Source: a virus. From it: a stretch of 64,000 nucleotides of DNA. Below the pieces are notes generated by a model. That model made no database searches and had not been told where the DNA came from. It was given only the letters and a program-made list of their open reading frames with translations. Where the stretch lies: positions 1 to 64,000 of the IMG/VR virus record IMGVR_UViG_3300017991_000062; one strand, given 5' to 3'. The position numbers and the translations under genes are program-made. Positions 47,468 through 58,146 of this stretch are shown in pieces. Each line of letters starts with the position of its first letter. The stretch's first letter is position 1.

Positions 47468-48700
47468 GTGCCTGACTACTGGGACGTCCAGGGTGTGCCG
47501 ACCTTCGCACTGAAGGTGAACGGCACCCGCGTCGAGTCGGACTACGCTCGCCTCATCGAGCAGGTGACGTATCGCAGCTCTCACGACACCGCGGACAGCA
47601 TCGGGCTCACGATCAAGGACCCGACCCTGCGCCTGGTAGACGCGAAGGTGTTCGCCGAGGGCAACATCCTCGACCTCTGGATGGGCTACGGTCACCAGAA
47701 CTTCTACATGGGGCGCGGTATCATCTGGGAGCCTCCGCAGGGGGCGGCGCCCGAGGGTGGCGATGCCACGATTCGGATCACGGCGCACAGCGCGGCCCGG
47801 TGGATGATGGAGCAGGGCCAGAAGAAGGGCGGCCGGCGCTTCGGCGGCTACCGGGACCGGCGCCACGACAAGGAGATCGTGGAGGCCCTCGCGTGGGACT
47901 ACGGCTTCAAAGCCCAGGCCGCGGCCACCGAGCAGAAGCGCAAGGCGTTCAAGGCCAAGGGGAAGAGCGACTGGGAGTTCGTGCGGCGCATGGCCTTCCT
48001 CGACGGCTTCCGGGTGTGGGTCGAGTGGATTCCCGAGGGATGGATCGTCAACAACACCGAGGTCAGCTCGGGCCAGTGGAATCTCTGCTTTCTGCCGCCA
48101 GGCCAGCAACCGAAGCGACCGCGGTTCATGCGGCCGAAGGAGTACGAGTTCGTCTGGGGTCCGAACATCTCGCAGCGCGACAACCGGCTGCTCGACTATT
48201 CCTGGAGCTTCGCAGCCGGTGCAGGTGCGAGCGAGGTGGAGGTGCTGCGCTTCGACCGTAGGACCTACAATTACGCGAAGTACATCGCGCAGCTCAACGA
48301 GACTGGCAAGCCGACCACGTTCCACGGGCCGGATGCGACCGTGCTCGACACCGAGAAGATCACAACCGGCTCGCGCGTGCTGTTCACCACCTTTGGCCGG
48401 CAGGTGCACGTCATCCGCGACAAGCCATTCCAGAACGAGAAGGAAGCGCTGGAGTTTGCGAAATCCTACCTGGCTCGCATCGCGACCAGCTTCATCCATC
48501 TCCAGGGCCGAGCCCCTGGCCTGCCCGACGTGAGGAAGTACACGCACCACACCTTCCGCGGCTTGCCGAATCGAATCGCTGGCCAGTACGAATTCATGGA
48601 TGTCGAGCACACCATGAGCAGGACCGGCGGCTACACCATGCGCTTCTCTGGGCGGCGCGCCCCGGAGGACACCCTCGGCATGAGCGCGTTCAGGGTGTGA
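47468..48700 (+). CDS. baseplate hub (late control D-like)
   Basis: LWMGYG, SDWEFVRRMA, VEHTMSRTGGYT. Confidence 0.8.
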   Translation: MPDYWDVQGVPTFALKVNGTRVESDYARLIEQVTYRSSHDTADSIGLTIKDPTLRLVDAKVFAEGNILDLWMGYGHQNFYMGRGIIWEPPQGAAPEGGDATIRITAHSAARWMMEQGQKKGGRRFGGYRDRRHDKEIVEALAWDYGFKAQAAATEQKRKAFKAKGKSDWEFVRRMAFLDGFRVWVEWIPEGWIVNNTEVSSGQWNLCFLPPGQQPKRPRFMRPKEYEFVWGPNISQRDNRLLDYSWSFAAGAGASEVEVLRFDRRTYNYAKYIAQLNETGKPTTFHGPDATVLDTEKITTGSRVLFTTFGRQVHVIRDKPFQNEKEALEFAKSYLARIATSFIHLQGRAPGLPDVRKYTHHTFRGLPNRIAGQYEFMDVEHTMSRTGGYTMRFSGRRAPEDTLGMSAFRV

Positions 48701-48703
48701 TTG

Positions 48704-49774
48704 ATGGCAAAGACCGAATGGTTCCAAGCAACCGTGACCGACGTGATGGACCCGGAGCGCCGTGGCCGCATCAAGGTTAGCTGCTCGGAGCTGCTCGACG
48801 CCGACAGGGAGGCTGGTGAGACCGAGCCCCCCGAGCTGCCGGATTGGATCGAGCCGATGTTCTTCGCGGCTGGCAACCCGGCCAAGACCGGCGGCCAGCC
48901 CTACGGGTTCTTCTTCGTCCCGCGGCCTGGTGACCTCGTAGAAATCGAGGTCAACGACGGTGCCGACATGGAGACCGAGGGAGGGATGCGGTGGCGCTGC
49001 GGCTTGTATCCCGACAGAGATGCTGTACCGGGCTTCTTCCAGGGTCAGTTCTCGGACGAGGTGGAGGAGGAGCTGTACCCCCACATCCACGGGTTCATCT
49101 CACCTGACGGGAACGGCTGGATGATTTTCGATGGCCGGTCGTTTAGTGGTGGTGCTGACGACGAAGAGAATTCGATGGTGTTCCTGTTCACAGGGATGCG
49201 AGGACAGGGCGGCAACCTGGCTTTTTCCCCGACGACGATGGTGTGGATGGGCAACGTCGACGGCGCCGAAGGCCCGAGCATCCTCATCACCGACGCGCGG
49301 CACAACCGGCTCGTCATCGAAGGCGGCGCAGCCGAGGGTGAGGGGGTTGTCTACCTGCTCACCAATACCGGTCACCGTATCGCTCTACGCGACGACAACA
49401 ACACCATCGAAATCACACACAAGGACGGCCCGATCTTCAAGCTCACCGACACCGACATCGAGGCCAGGACGCCGAGCGGCGACCGGCTTCTGATCCGGGA
49501 CGGGAACGACATCCGCATCGAGCAGGCCGGCGGTGAGCTGGTGCAGGTGAGCGCGACCGCTGGTATCCTCATCGGCAGCGGCTCGTCGGAGCCCCTGGTT
49601 CTGGGCAACACATTCAGCAACCTGCTCAACACGGCACTCGGCGCGATCCTCGCGCATGTTCATCCGACGCCAGGCGCGGTGATGGGGCCGCCGCAGTATG
49701 CCGCGCTCCAGGGAGCGATCAACACGCTCATCACTGGAGCCCACCTTTCCGACTTGGCAAAGACGAAGAAGTGA
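48704..49774 (+). CDS. baseplate spike (gpV/gp5 OB-fold)
   Basis: DPERRGRIKV, GFFFVPRPGDLV, C-terminal HVH metal motif. Confidence 0.85.
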   Translation: MAKTEWFQATVTDVMDPERRGRIKVSCSELLDADREAGETEPPELPDWIEPMFFAAGNPAKTGGQPYGFFFVPRPGDLVEIEVNDGADMETEGGMRWRCGLYPDRDAVPGFFQGQFSDEVEEELYPHIHGFISPDGNGWMIFDGRSFSGGADDEENSMVFLFTGMRGQGGNLAFSPTTMVWMGNVDGAEGPSILITDARHNRLVIEGGAAEGEGVVYLLTNTGHRIALRDDNNTIEITHKDGPIFKLTDTDIEARTPSGDRLLIRDGNDIRIEQAGGELVQVSATAGILIGSGSSEPLVLGNTFSNLLNTALGAILAHVHPTPGAVMGPPQYAALQGAINTLITGAHLSDLAKTKK

Positions 49775-49821
49775 GGCTATGATAGGGCACCTGACTCCGA
49801 CCAACCCAGGAGGGAAGTGAG

Positions 49822-50268
49822 ATGAGCACCGAGACCCAGTTCGAGAAGATCGCGAAGGCCGCGCCCGACTTCGACAAGGAGAGTGTCGATGCCTTCGTCG
49901 GGCGCGTGCGGGCCGGCTTCAGCATCGGCATCATCGTCCCCATCGAGGAGGCGAACAAGGCCGAGTCCAAGCTCGGGCGCCTGCGCATGAGCCGCAAGTA
50001 CCGCGAGGGCGACTACCAGCGCGTCCAGACCTGGTGCCTGTGGCTGAAGCGCATCTTCGGCACCTTCGCCATCATCGAGAACGACTACGCCTCGAAGCTG
50101 TTCAAGGTGCCCTTCTCGGACGACGGCAGCGAGGTCAAGTTCGACCTCGACAAGGCCCAGGAGGTCAAGGAGGACTTCGTGGCCAAGGCCGGCTTCCACA
50201 TCGAGCTGACCCCGGCCATCTGGTCGCCGGTCATCTTCGGCACCACGGACACCCCGGCCAAGGAGTAG
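49822..50268 (+). CDS. hypothetical protein inserted in the baseplate operon
   Basis: strong RBS; putative own promoter TTGGCA-18-TATGAT. Confidence 0.6.
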   Translation: MSTETQFEKIAKAAPDFDKESVDAFVGRVRAGFSIGIIVPIEEANKAESKLGRLRMSRKYREGDYQRVQTWCLWLKRIFGTFAIIENDYASKLFKVPFSDDGSEVKFDLDKAQEVKEDFVAKAGFHIELTPAIWSPVIFGTTDTPAKE

Positions 50269-50271
50269 TCC

Positions 50272-50709
50272 GTGACCGAGAAGGCCAAGGGCAAGCTCGG
50301 CCAGTGGGCCGGCATCCTCACCGGGCTCGCGGCACTCATCGGAGCGCTGGTCGCCGCCTGGACGACGGTGGTGGTGCCGGCCCTGGACGCGGCCGAGAAG
50401 CAGGGCTCCGAGCAGGGCCAGAAGCTCGACGGCTTCTATGGGCTGTTCCGCGACCGGGTGGAAGGCCAGGGCGACAGCATCGAGGATCTTCGGCGGCAGG
50501 TGCACAGCCTGCGCGAGGCCCTCGCGGAACTGCGCTCTGACCTCCGCGATAGGCGGCGACTGCGGAGCCCCACGCGCCGCACAGAGCCCGAACGAGCCCC
50601 GGAGGCTGTGGCAGCCCCTCCCCCGCCACCCGAGGCCCCTGCGTCGTTGCCAGCGAGCCTGGACGTGTTCGTGCAGCAAGAGGCGGCCGAACCGCCTCCC
50701 GGGGAGTAG
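50272..50709 (+). CDS. membrane-anchored coiled-coil protein
   Basis: N-terminal TM segment plus heptads. Confidence 0.55.
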   Translation: MTEKAKGKLGQWAGILTGLAALIGALVAAWTTVVVPALDAAEKQGSEQGQKLDGFYGLFRDRVEGQGDSIEDLRRQVHSLREALAELRSDLRDRRRLRSPTRRTEPERAPEAVAAPPPPPEAPASLPASLDVFVQQEAAEPPPGE

Positions 50710-50712
50710 CTC

Positions 50713-51114
50713 ATGGCCGAGCCCCAGGGCATCAGTGTCCCGATCCGGCCCAACCCCCGCGGCGGCCTCGCCCTGGTCAAGGGCGACGACTACATCCGCG
50801 AGATCGTGCTGCGGGCCGTGTCGCCGAACTACAGCGAGCATCCCTTCGAGGTGCTGTTCATGGAGGAGGCCACGGTCTTCGCGGTGGACAGCCCGGCGAT
50901 GCGAGCCCAGGCGGTGGACTCCATCAGCAAGGTGTTCGCCTATCTGGAGGGCCGGGGCATCGCCCGGCTCCAGAACGGCGCGTCGGGCTCGGTCTCCTTC
51001 AGCTCGACGCCAGGCACGGGCGAGCTGACCATCACCATCGAGTACCTCGACCTCAAGACCCAGGACCCGGCCGTGGTCACTCGCACGCTGCGGCCCAGGG
51101 CGACGGGGGTGTAG
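50713..51114 (+). CDS. baseplate wedge gp25/gpW-like protein
   Basis: size, position; GELTITIEY. Confidence 0.7.
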   Translation: MAEPQGISVPIRPNPRGGLALVKGDDYIREIVLRAVSPNYSEHPFEVLFMEEATVFAVDSPAMRAQAVDSISKVFAYLEGRGIARLQNGASGSVSFSSTPGTGELTITIEYLDLKTQDPAVVTRTLRPRATGV

Positions 51115-51115
51115 C

Positions 51116-53272
51116 GTGGCCACCGTCCCGAGCTTCAAGTTCGCGGTATTTTTCTACCCGGAGATCCTGTCCGAGCTGCGGACGTGGATGCGGATCAACG
51201 TCCCCGAGATCACGAATGAGAACGATTACGAGGTCGCGGTCCAGCTCATCAAGGCGTTCGCCCTGGTCGGGCACCTCAACAGCGTCCACCTCGATGCCGC
51301 TGCCAACGAGGCCATCTACGGCACGGCGAAACTCCTGGAGTCGGTGCGACAGCACCTCAAGCTCATCGGCGTCGAGCCCGACACGGCCACCCCGTCGACG
51401 GCCGGGATGGTGCTCCAGCTCTCGAAGCACTTCGACGTCGCGACGGACGTGGTGCAGCCCTACGCACAGGTGAGCACCGAGCCGGCCGACAACGAGCCCG
51501 GGGTGGTGTTCGAGTACGTCGCCGACTCGGCCCTCGGCCCGACCAGCAACACGGGACGCCTGACCTACATCTACGCCGAGGAGGCTGCCGTCTTCTCCGC
51601 GAACTACGCGAGTGACGCCGAGTCGGGAACGCCCTGGACACCGTTCGCGAGCCTGGAGGCTGGCGACAAGCTGTACTTCGGGCACGACTCCGTCCTGTGG
51701 TTCGGGATGGCGCTGGAGGTCAACACGCCCGGCGTCGACTACGAGGGTGTCTGGGAGGTCTACATCGGCGACAGCCTGGCACGGCCGCCGGGCTCCGTCA
51801 CCGACCTCGGAAGCACCCTCCGCTTCGGCTTGAACGACGTGCTCGGCAGCACCTCGGTCGCCGGGCTGGAGGTGCGGATCGCAGTCGCGAAGACCGGCGT
51901 CTCCGAAGACCTCGTGGTGCAGTGGGACGGCGTCGATAACTACATCGAGACGACCACGCTGCTCAACCAGGAGAGCCCGAGCACGGACCCCCTCGACTAC
52001 CGGCTTTCGATGGAGTGGCTCCCGCAGGGGATCTCGGACGACACCTCCAGCTTCCAGTCTGGCGGCACGAACCAGGTCCGCATGATTCCGCTCTTCGATT
52101 ACGGTATCGAGTGGCAGAAGACGGAAGTGAACGGGGTCGAGGGCTACTGGACCCGGTGGCGCTGCACCGGCATCGGGACGCCCACCGAGCCCATCCTCGC
52201 GGAGATCGACACGTCGTCACTCCCGGCTGTGCTCGCCTTCACCGTCACCCAGGGCCAGCGCGTCACGCAGGAGCCGCTCGCGACCGGAACCGGCGAGGTG
52301 TGGCAGGTGTACACCCTCGCTCGCACCGGCTACATCGGCGGCACCCTGGAGATCACGGTCGACGGTGTGGCTTGGAGCGAGGTGGAGAACTTCATCAACT
52401 CCAGCTCGCTCGACCGGCACTTCACGGTCGAGGTCGGGAGCGAGGACCTGGTGCTGGTCGGGTTCGGCGACGGCGACAACGGCGCCATCCCGGCCGCGGG
52501 TGCCGTCATCAACGCCTACTACCGCATCGGAGCAGACCAGGACGGCAACGTCGCGGCCCGGTCGATCACGGTCAACCGCAGCGGCATTCCCTACGTCACG
52601 GAGCTGTACAACTGGAGCGCCGGGGTGGGCTGGTCGGAGAAGGAGGGCGCCGACGAGGACAGTCTGGAGCGCCTCAAGATCGAGGGGCCGGCCGAGATGC
52701 GCACCATCGGCCGGGCCTGCACCGAACCGGACTTCGAGCCCGTGGCGAAGCAGTACGTCGGGGCGGGTGGGACGAGCCCCATCGTGCGGGCGTATCCCAT
52801 CATCAACGGGCTCGGCCCCAAGACGGTCGCGCTCTACGTCGTCGGCAGCGGCAGCGACTTCCTCACGTCGGCCGTGCTCGAAGATATCGAGGACTGGTTC
52901 AACGGCGACGAGGCCAAGGGCTACGAGTCGCGCATCTTCCTCAACTACCTCCTCGGCGCACAGAACTTCACCCCGCGCACGATCACGGTCGAGGCCGTGG
53001 TTACCGCCCGCGGGGTCACGGCCGGCCAGATCAAGGCGGCCCTGATGACCTACCTTTACCCGACCGCTGTGCATAGCGACGGGGTGACGTGGCGCTGGGA
53101 CTTCGGGGAGAAGGTGTCGCGGAATAAGCTCATCGCTGCCATCGACGCGGTCGCGTCCGAGCAGATCGAGGACATCGTGCTCACGACCCCGGCTGCTGAC
53201 GTGCTACTCAACCCCGACGAGCTGCCCTACACGACCAACGCCGACCTGACGATTACGGTGGTGGAGCCCTGA
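51116..53272 (+). CDS. baseplate J / gp6-like wedge protein
   Basis: FGDGDNGAIP, YRIG..GNV, GADEDSLE...RACT..DF. Confidence 0.88.
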   Translation: MATVPSFKFAVFFYPEILSELRTWMRINVPEITNENDYEVAVQLIKAFALVGHLNSVHLDAAANEAIYGTAKLLESVRQHLKLIGVEPDTATPSTAGMVLQLSKHFDVATDVVQPYAQVSTEPADNEPGVVFEYVADSALGPTSNTGRLTYIYAEEAAVFSANYASDAESGTPWTPFASLEAGDKLYFGHDSVLWFGMALEVNTPGVDYEGVWEVYIGDSLARPPGSVTDLGSTLRFGLNDVLGSTSVAGLEVRIAVAKTGVSEDLVVQWDGVDNYIETTTLLNQESPSTDPLDYRLSMEWLPQGISDDTSSFQSGGTNQVRMIPLFDYGIEWQKTEVNGVEGYWTRWRCTGIGTPTEPILAEIDTSSLPAVLAFTVTQGQRVTQEPLATGTGEVWQVYTLARTGYIGGTLEITVDGVAWSEVENFINSSSLDRHFTVEVGSEDLVLVGFGDGDNGAIPAAGAVINAYYRIGADQDGNVAARSITVNRSGIPYVTELYNWSAGVGWSEKEGADEDSLERLKIEGPAEMRTIGRACTEPDFEPVAKQYVGAGGTSPIVRAYPIINGLGPKTVALYVVGSGSDFLTSAVLEDIEDWFNGDEAKGYESRIFLNYLLGAQNFTPRTITVEAVVTARGVTAGQIKAALMTYLYPTAVHSDGVTWRWDFGEKVSRNKLIAAIDAVASEQIEDIVLTTPAADVLLNPDELPYTTNADLTITVVEP

Positions 53273-54711
53273 TGGTTACGACCGGCGACACGGCCTTCGA
53301 GAGGGACATCTACAAGTTTCTCCCGAAGATGCTGCGCGACATCGACCAGGATGAGGGCATGCGCCTCCTGGAGCGCTACCTCCAGGGCATGACCGACGTC
53401 TGGGATTCCATCGCGGATCGGATCGAGGACTTGCGCGGCCTGGCAAATCCGCTGAACATCCCCGACGCGGTGCTTCAGCACATCATGCCACTGCTCGGGT
53501 TCGGCGGCGACCTCTCCTACGTCTGGAACGCCCTGTCTCCGACCGACCTGCGCCGACTCGCGTTCGCAGCGGTTTCGCTGTGGCGGTTCAGCTCCACCGA
53601 GCAAGCTGTACGCATCGCAGCCCGGTTCCTCTCCGGGAAGCCGTTCCTAGTACGCAACCTGCACGACTTCCTCCCCGTCGCTGACGACCTCACATTCGGC
53701 ATCAGCTACGACACGAAGGCGCTGTGGGTGGTCGGCAGTGACCCGTCGCCGTACAACATGGACAGCGTCGACCTCCACATCGTTGACGAGGGCGACCTCG
53801 ACCACACCCTGCTCCGCAACCTCATCGGCATCACCCGGGCTGCCGGCGAGAAGGTGGTCATCGTCTACGCCCAGTTCCTTGACCGCTTCCGCGATGCCGA
53901 GCTGACGCAGTGGTCGCAGAACGGGCCGGTGACCGCAGCCGGCGACGGCATCGTCAAGCTCGGCCCCGGCAACGCATTCATCGTCGCAGAGTCGGTCAAC
54001 GCGCCTTTCGACAACTTCCTGCTCACCACCACCATGACCAGGCGGGACAGTGGGGCAAGCTCCGACGAGTCGATGACCATCTTCCGCCTGACCGATCTGG
54101 CCACGGCTCCCTCGGGCTACCTGTTCGGGTTCGAGTCCAGCTACGGGCTCGGCACCGGACCTGCGAGCTGGTTTCTCGCCAGGCTCGACGCAGGTGTCCC
54201 GACGTCGCTCGCTGGCGGGACACACCTGTTCGCAGACGAGCACGAGTACCATTTCGCCATCCACTGCTTCGAGGCGGGTGCCGGCACCTACATCCGCATC
54301 ACGGTCGACGGTGCCGTGCTCGCGGAGGTGACCGACGCCTATTCTGGCCGCAACCTGGAAGGCGACATCGGGTTCAGCAACGAGGGCGGCGACCAGGAGT
54401 ACACCGAGGTCGGAGTGGTCGAGATCCTGCCGCAGCCGGCAGACCTGGAGCTAGTCGCATCACCGATGAAGCTCACCCCGACCGCGGTGACTGTGAATGG
54501 CGGTGCGACCGTGCCGTTCACAGGCTTCGGCGGTGCCGAGGACTACTACTGGAGCATCCCCGTGAACAACTCGGGTGCGAGCATCGCGAAGCTCGACACG
54601 GACGAGGCCGAGTACACCGCTGGATTCCCTGGGAGCACTGTGGTAGACACGGTGCGCGCGACCGACGTGTTCGGGAACTACGCCGAGGCGCAAGTCACGG
54701 TCGAGCCGTAG
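53272..54711 (+). CDS. baseplate wedge / tail protein I with lectin-like and Ig-like C-terminal domains
   Basis: IYKFLP...LERYL...NPLNIP..L N-terminus; ITVDG...GDIGF ConA-like segment. Confidence 0.7.
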   Translation: MVTTGDTAFERDIYKFLPKMLRDIDQDEGMRLLERYLQGMTDVWDSIADRIEDLRGLANPLNIPDAVLQHIMPLLGFGGDLSYVWNALSPTDLRRLAFAAVSLWRFSSTEQAVRIAARFLSGKPFLVRNLHDFLPVADDLTFGISYDTKALWVVGSDPSPYNMDSVDLHIVDEGDLDHTLLRNLIGITRAAGEKVVIVYAQFLDRFRDAELTQWSQNGPVTAAGDGIVKLGPGNAFIVAESVNAPFDNFLLTTTMTRRDSGASSDESMTIFRLTDLATAPSGYLFGFESSYGLGTGPASWFLARLDAGVPTSLAGGTHLFADEHEYHFAIHCFEAGAGTYIRITVDGAVLAEVTDAYSGRNLEGDIGFSNEGGDQEYTEVGVVEILPQPADLELVASPMKLTPTAVTVNGGATVPFTGFGGAEDYYWSIPVNNSGASIAKLDTDEAEYTAGFPGSTVVDTVRATDVFGNYAEAQVTVEP

Positions 54712-54723
54712 CAGGAGGGCGTC

Positions 54724-57552
54724 ATGGCGACTGGCCAGAAGCTCGTCAACATGTACACGAAGAAGGTCGTCCCGGGTGACGAGATCCGCGACAACTGGAT
54801 CGAGTACCAGAACCAGCTCATTGAGGACAACCTCGCCGCGCTCTACCCGACCAGCGGGTTTTTCGGCGCACCTCCCCCGGTGACGGTCTCAAGCTCGGCC
54901 ATCGACACCTTCGAGATCAGTAGCTACAACGGGCTCCAGTCGAACGGCGTGGACCCCGTGCGGCGCTACGACTACGCGGGCGGCGACACCATCCCCTTCG
55001 AGAATGCGGCGACCGACTACTGGGTCCAGACGTGGCTCGCGCTCGCCCCAGAGTTCGCGTCGGCCGGGCTGGAGGGCAGCCCCGAGTTCGGGACCTACCG
55101 CTACTCCCACTTCGAGGAGCAGGTGGGGTACTTCACCGAGCCGGACAGCGTCTCCGATCTGGCGCCTGGCGTGCGACTCGTCATCGACGACGTGCTCACG
55201 GCCGGCGAGGGCACCACCTTCGACCAGAGCGGCCGGCAGGTCACGGTCATGCTGTGGCCGGACCCGATGAGCCTGGACCCGGCCGTGGCCTTCCAGACGC
55301 TCACGGTGCAGTGGAGCGGGACGAACAACTATGTCGACGCGCCCGACTACCTGGGCGACACCGCGATCCGCGCCGCGGCGCAGTACCGGGTCTTCGTGCC
55401 GGTGTGCACCATCAGCAAGTCCAACCCCACGGGCGACGGCAATTGGGTCGCGAAGATCACGGGCAACCCCGGCGGCTCGCCCACCGTGTTCGACTACAGC
55501 GGTCAGACGGTGCTCGGGTTCAGCCCGTCCACCATCACCGCCGCGTTCCAGCGCGAGCACACCCTGACGGGTGGCTCCTACGACGGCCTCCATGACAACG
55601 TCCACGCCGACAGCTACAGCAACCGCAGCGCGGCCGAGGGCGGCGCTGCGGGAACCAAGCTCTCCTTCCAGGGTGTCGACGGCAGCGACTACGGTCAGCA
55701 GTTCCAGTACTTCGACCACGTCGGCGGCCTGCGCTGGATGAAGGACGGGCACGGCCAGGATTACACCTACTGCAACGACTACGACCTGTCGCCCAAGAGC
55801 AACCCGTTCCTCGACATACTGTTCGTGGGATACACTGGTGAGGGCTCCAAGGTCGCAACGCAGTACCGGTCCATCGGACTCGACGACGAGATGGTGAGTG
55901 GCGAGCTTGACGTCGCCATGTATATCGGTGGCGGAAACTACCCGGCCGGGCTCACCTGCACCACGAAGAACGGCGGCACCATCGACGTGACGGGCGTGCC
56001 CGACATGACGACTGACCCGGTGCTGGTCGCGATGGGTGGTAGCGGGCTCGCCTTGTTCGCGAACGTGCTCGGCACCACTACCCGGAATAGCTGGTACGTC
56101 GTCGACGTCCTCGATGCTGATACCCTGACGGTCGCGAACCTGGACGGTAGCAGCGTGAGCTGGACCGGCGACGAAGCCGGCACCATGACCTTCTACCTCA
56201 TGCGTCGGCAGACGATGGTGAAGCAGGATAGCGCCACCGACGAAGCGCTACACCTGCTCGTCTCCCCGTTCGACACGGTGATGTGCCAGGGCGACTTCGT
56301 GATGGACCGGCCGCCGGATGGTGGGACGAACCAGTTCTTCGGGTGGGGCTTCGCCTACTACGACATCAACCGAGACCAGTTCATCTTCGAGGCCAGGGCC
56401 AGTGGCGCGGCGGCGGGGATGAGCTTCGCCGGGAACGACGAGTGCATCAGCGACCCGGCCGGTATCACCGGGCCGAGCGAGCGCTGGAGCGGCTTCGGCT
56501 CCTTCCAGGCCGCCGACGATGGCGACCTCCTGCTCTACACCGGCAACGACAGCTCGGGCTCCATCTACTTCGGCCGGCCGCACGAGGGCACGAGCTGGAG
56601 CTGGCTGACCTACACCGACCTCTACATGGCACTGACGCCGACCGCCAATTACAGCATGAAGTCGATCCATCCGTGGACCGACGGGTTGAGCCTCGGCACC
56701 ACGACGGGGCCGCTGCGGTGGGACATCGACGCGAAGGATCTCGGGGTCGGCGGAAGCGTCGTGACCAACCTCATCCCGAGCACGGGCGGCGGGCAGACCA
56801 TCGGCGACGCGACTTTCACCTGGGACGCCTACTTCCAGGACGTCGAGTTCAAGAGCGGCGGCTCCGTGCTGTTCGAGGTCAACCCCCAGATCAAACACGC
56901 GACCGACCCCTATCTGGAGCTGTGGGATACGGGGGCTTCGACCAACGAGGGCCGGGCATGGCTCCAGGCGGGAGCCGACCGGGTGCGCATGGTGCTGGTC
57001 AACGATGCTGGTGCGGAGATCGAGGAGGCGTTCTACATCGAGCGTGCAACCTCGACCGGCGCGATGGCCGGAATGTACGTCCGCGACAGCCTCTACCCGC
57101 TCACCGATGCCGGGAGCGGCAACGCGTACCTCGGCAAGAGTAACTCGCGCTGGGAAGGCTCGTTCAAGACCGCGACCTTCTGGGACGGCACGGCCGGGAC
57201 CTACTACTGCGACCTCGAAATGGCGACCTCGGTCGGCACCGACGACTTCCGCATCAAGCCCGGCGGGACGGACGCCTACTCCTTCCAGGCCACCGAGTTC
57301 AACACGCAGACTATCGCCCCCTTCGCTGCGGGCGACACCATCGGCAAGAGCGGTGACCGATGGTCCACAGCCTACATCGACACCATCGTCGGCAACCCGA
57401 GCGCCGACGACCGGGTGACGATCCAGAACGTGCTCCGGGTGACGCCGATCTCCAGCGACCCGAGCAGCCCGTCGAACGGCGACATCTGGTACAACTCGAC
57501 CAGCAACGAGCTGAAGGCTCGGGTCAACGGAGCCACTGTGGTCCTCGCATAG
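54724..57552 (+). CDS. tail fibre / receptor-binding protein
   Basis: G/S/T-rich; LG....RW repeats; C-terminal DPSSPSNGDIWYN. Confidence 0.75.
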   Translation: MATGQKLVNMYTKKVVPGDEIRDNWIEYQNQLIEDNLAALYPTSGFFGAPPPVTVSSSAIDTFEISSYNGLQSNGVDPVRRYDYAGGDTIPFENAATDYWVQTWLALAPEFASAGLEGSPEFGTYRYSHFEEQVGYFTEPDSVSDLAPGVRLVIDDVLTAGEGTTFDQSGRQVTVMLWPDPMSLDPAVAFQTLTVQWSGTNNYVDAPDYLGDTAIRAAAQYRVFVPVCTISKSNPTGDGNWVAKITGNPGGSPTVFDYSGQTVLGFSPSTITAAFQREHTLTGGSYDGLHDNVHADSYSNRSAAEGGAAGTKLSFQGVDGSDYGQQFQYFDHVGGLRWMKDGHGQDYTYCNDYDLSPKSNPFLDILFVGYTGEGSKVATQYRSIGLDDEMVSGELDVAMYIGGGNYPAGLTCTTKNGGTIDVTGVPDMTTDPVLVAMGGSGLALFANVLGTTTRNSWYVVDVLDADTLTVANLDGSSVSWTGDEAGTMTFYLMRRQTMVKQDSATDEALHLLVSPFDTVMCQGDFVMDRPPDGGTNQFFGWGFAYYDINRDQFIFEARASGAAAGMSFAGNDECISDPAGITGPSERWSGFGSFQAADDGDLLLYTGNDSSGSIYFGRPHEGTSWSWLTYTDLYMALTPTANYSMKSIHPWTDGLSLGTTTGPLRWDIDAKDLGVGGSVVTNLIPSTGGGQTIGDATFTWDAYFQDVEFKSGGSVLFEVNPQIKHATDPYLELWDTGASTNEGRAWLQAGADRVRMVLVNDAGAEIEEAFYIERATSTGAMAGMYVRDSLYPLTDAGSGNAYLGKSNSRWEGSFKTATFWDGTAGTYYCDLEMATSVGTDDFRIKPGGTDAYSFQATEFNTQTIAPFAAGDTIGKSGDRWSTAYIDTIVGNPSADDRVTIQNVLRVTPISSDPSSPSNGDIWYNSTSNELKARVNGATVVLA

Positions 57553-57603
57553 CAGGACCATCCACTACAGGCCGCTCGACGCGGCACTGACTGGAGGAAC
57601 GAC

Positions 57604-58125
57604 ATGGGGAACAAGACCAAGAAGAAGACGGCGACCGCGGCCGGCAGCAAGAAGGCCCGGCAGCGGAAACGACCTGGCGGCAAGCCGGCCAAGGCCGCGG
57701 CCAAGCCGGGAGCCCAGGTGCGGCAGCTCACGCCCGGGATGCTGGGTACGGTATCCTCCAGCGGCGACAAGGAGGTTGACGGCATCGTTGACCGGCTGCT
57801 GAAGACAGACCCGGCCACGGTCGACGACGCGGTACTCTCCCACCTGCTCAAGGGGTGGCAGCCCAAGGCCATCGCCTTCGGTGGTGTGAATCAGCAGGTG
57901 ATGCAGCTCAAGGCGCAGCTCAAGCGCGCCGAGGAGGAGGCGGCCAAAAACAGCGGCGGCGTCCAGGCGGTCGAGGCCATGATTTTCGACCGCGTGCGCG
58001 AGATGCTGGAGGCCGGGAAGATCCTGTGCGATGGCTGCGGCACGAGGTTCACGGAAGGACACGTCACGACAGAGGACGGGGTGGTGCTCTGCGAGGCGTG
58101 CTTCAAGGCGGCGGTTCCCGAGTAG
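57604..58125 (+). CDS. basic coiled-coil protein with Zn finger
   Basis: CDGC...CEAC. Confidence 0.55.
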   Translation: MGNKTKKKTATAAGSKKARQRKRPGGKPAKAAAKPGAQVRQLTPGMLGTVSSSGDKEVDGIVDRLLKTDPATVDDAVLSHLLKGWQPKAIAFGGVNQQVMQLKAQLKRAEEEAAKNSGGVQAVEAMIFDRVREMLEAGKILCDGCGTRFTEGHVTTEDGVVLCEACFKAAVPE

Positions 58126-58146
58126 GGGCTGCCCGAGGAGGACGAG

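Noticed and set aside
39064-53272. Extracellular contractile injection system or tailocin
   Set aside because: Terminase, portal, capsid and replication genes show a complete phage
54724-57552. Diversity-generating retroelement or invertible fibre cassette
   Set aside because: No reverse transcriptase, invertase or template/variable repeat pair noticed in the window
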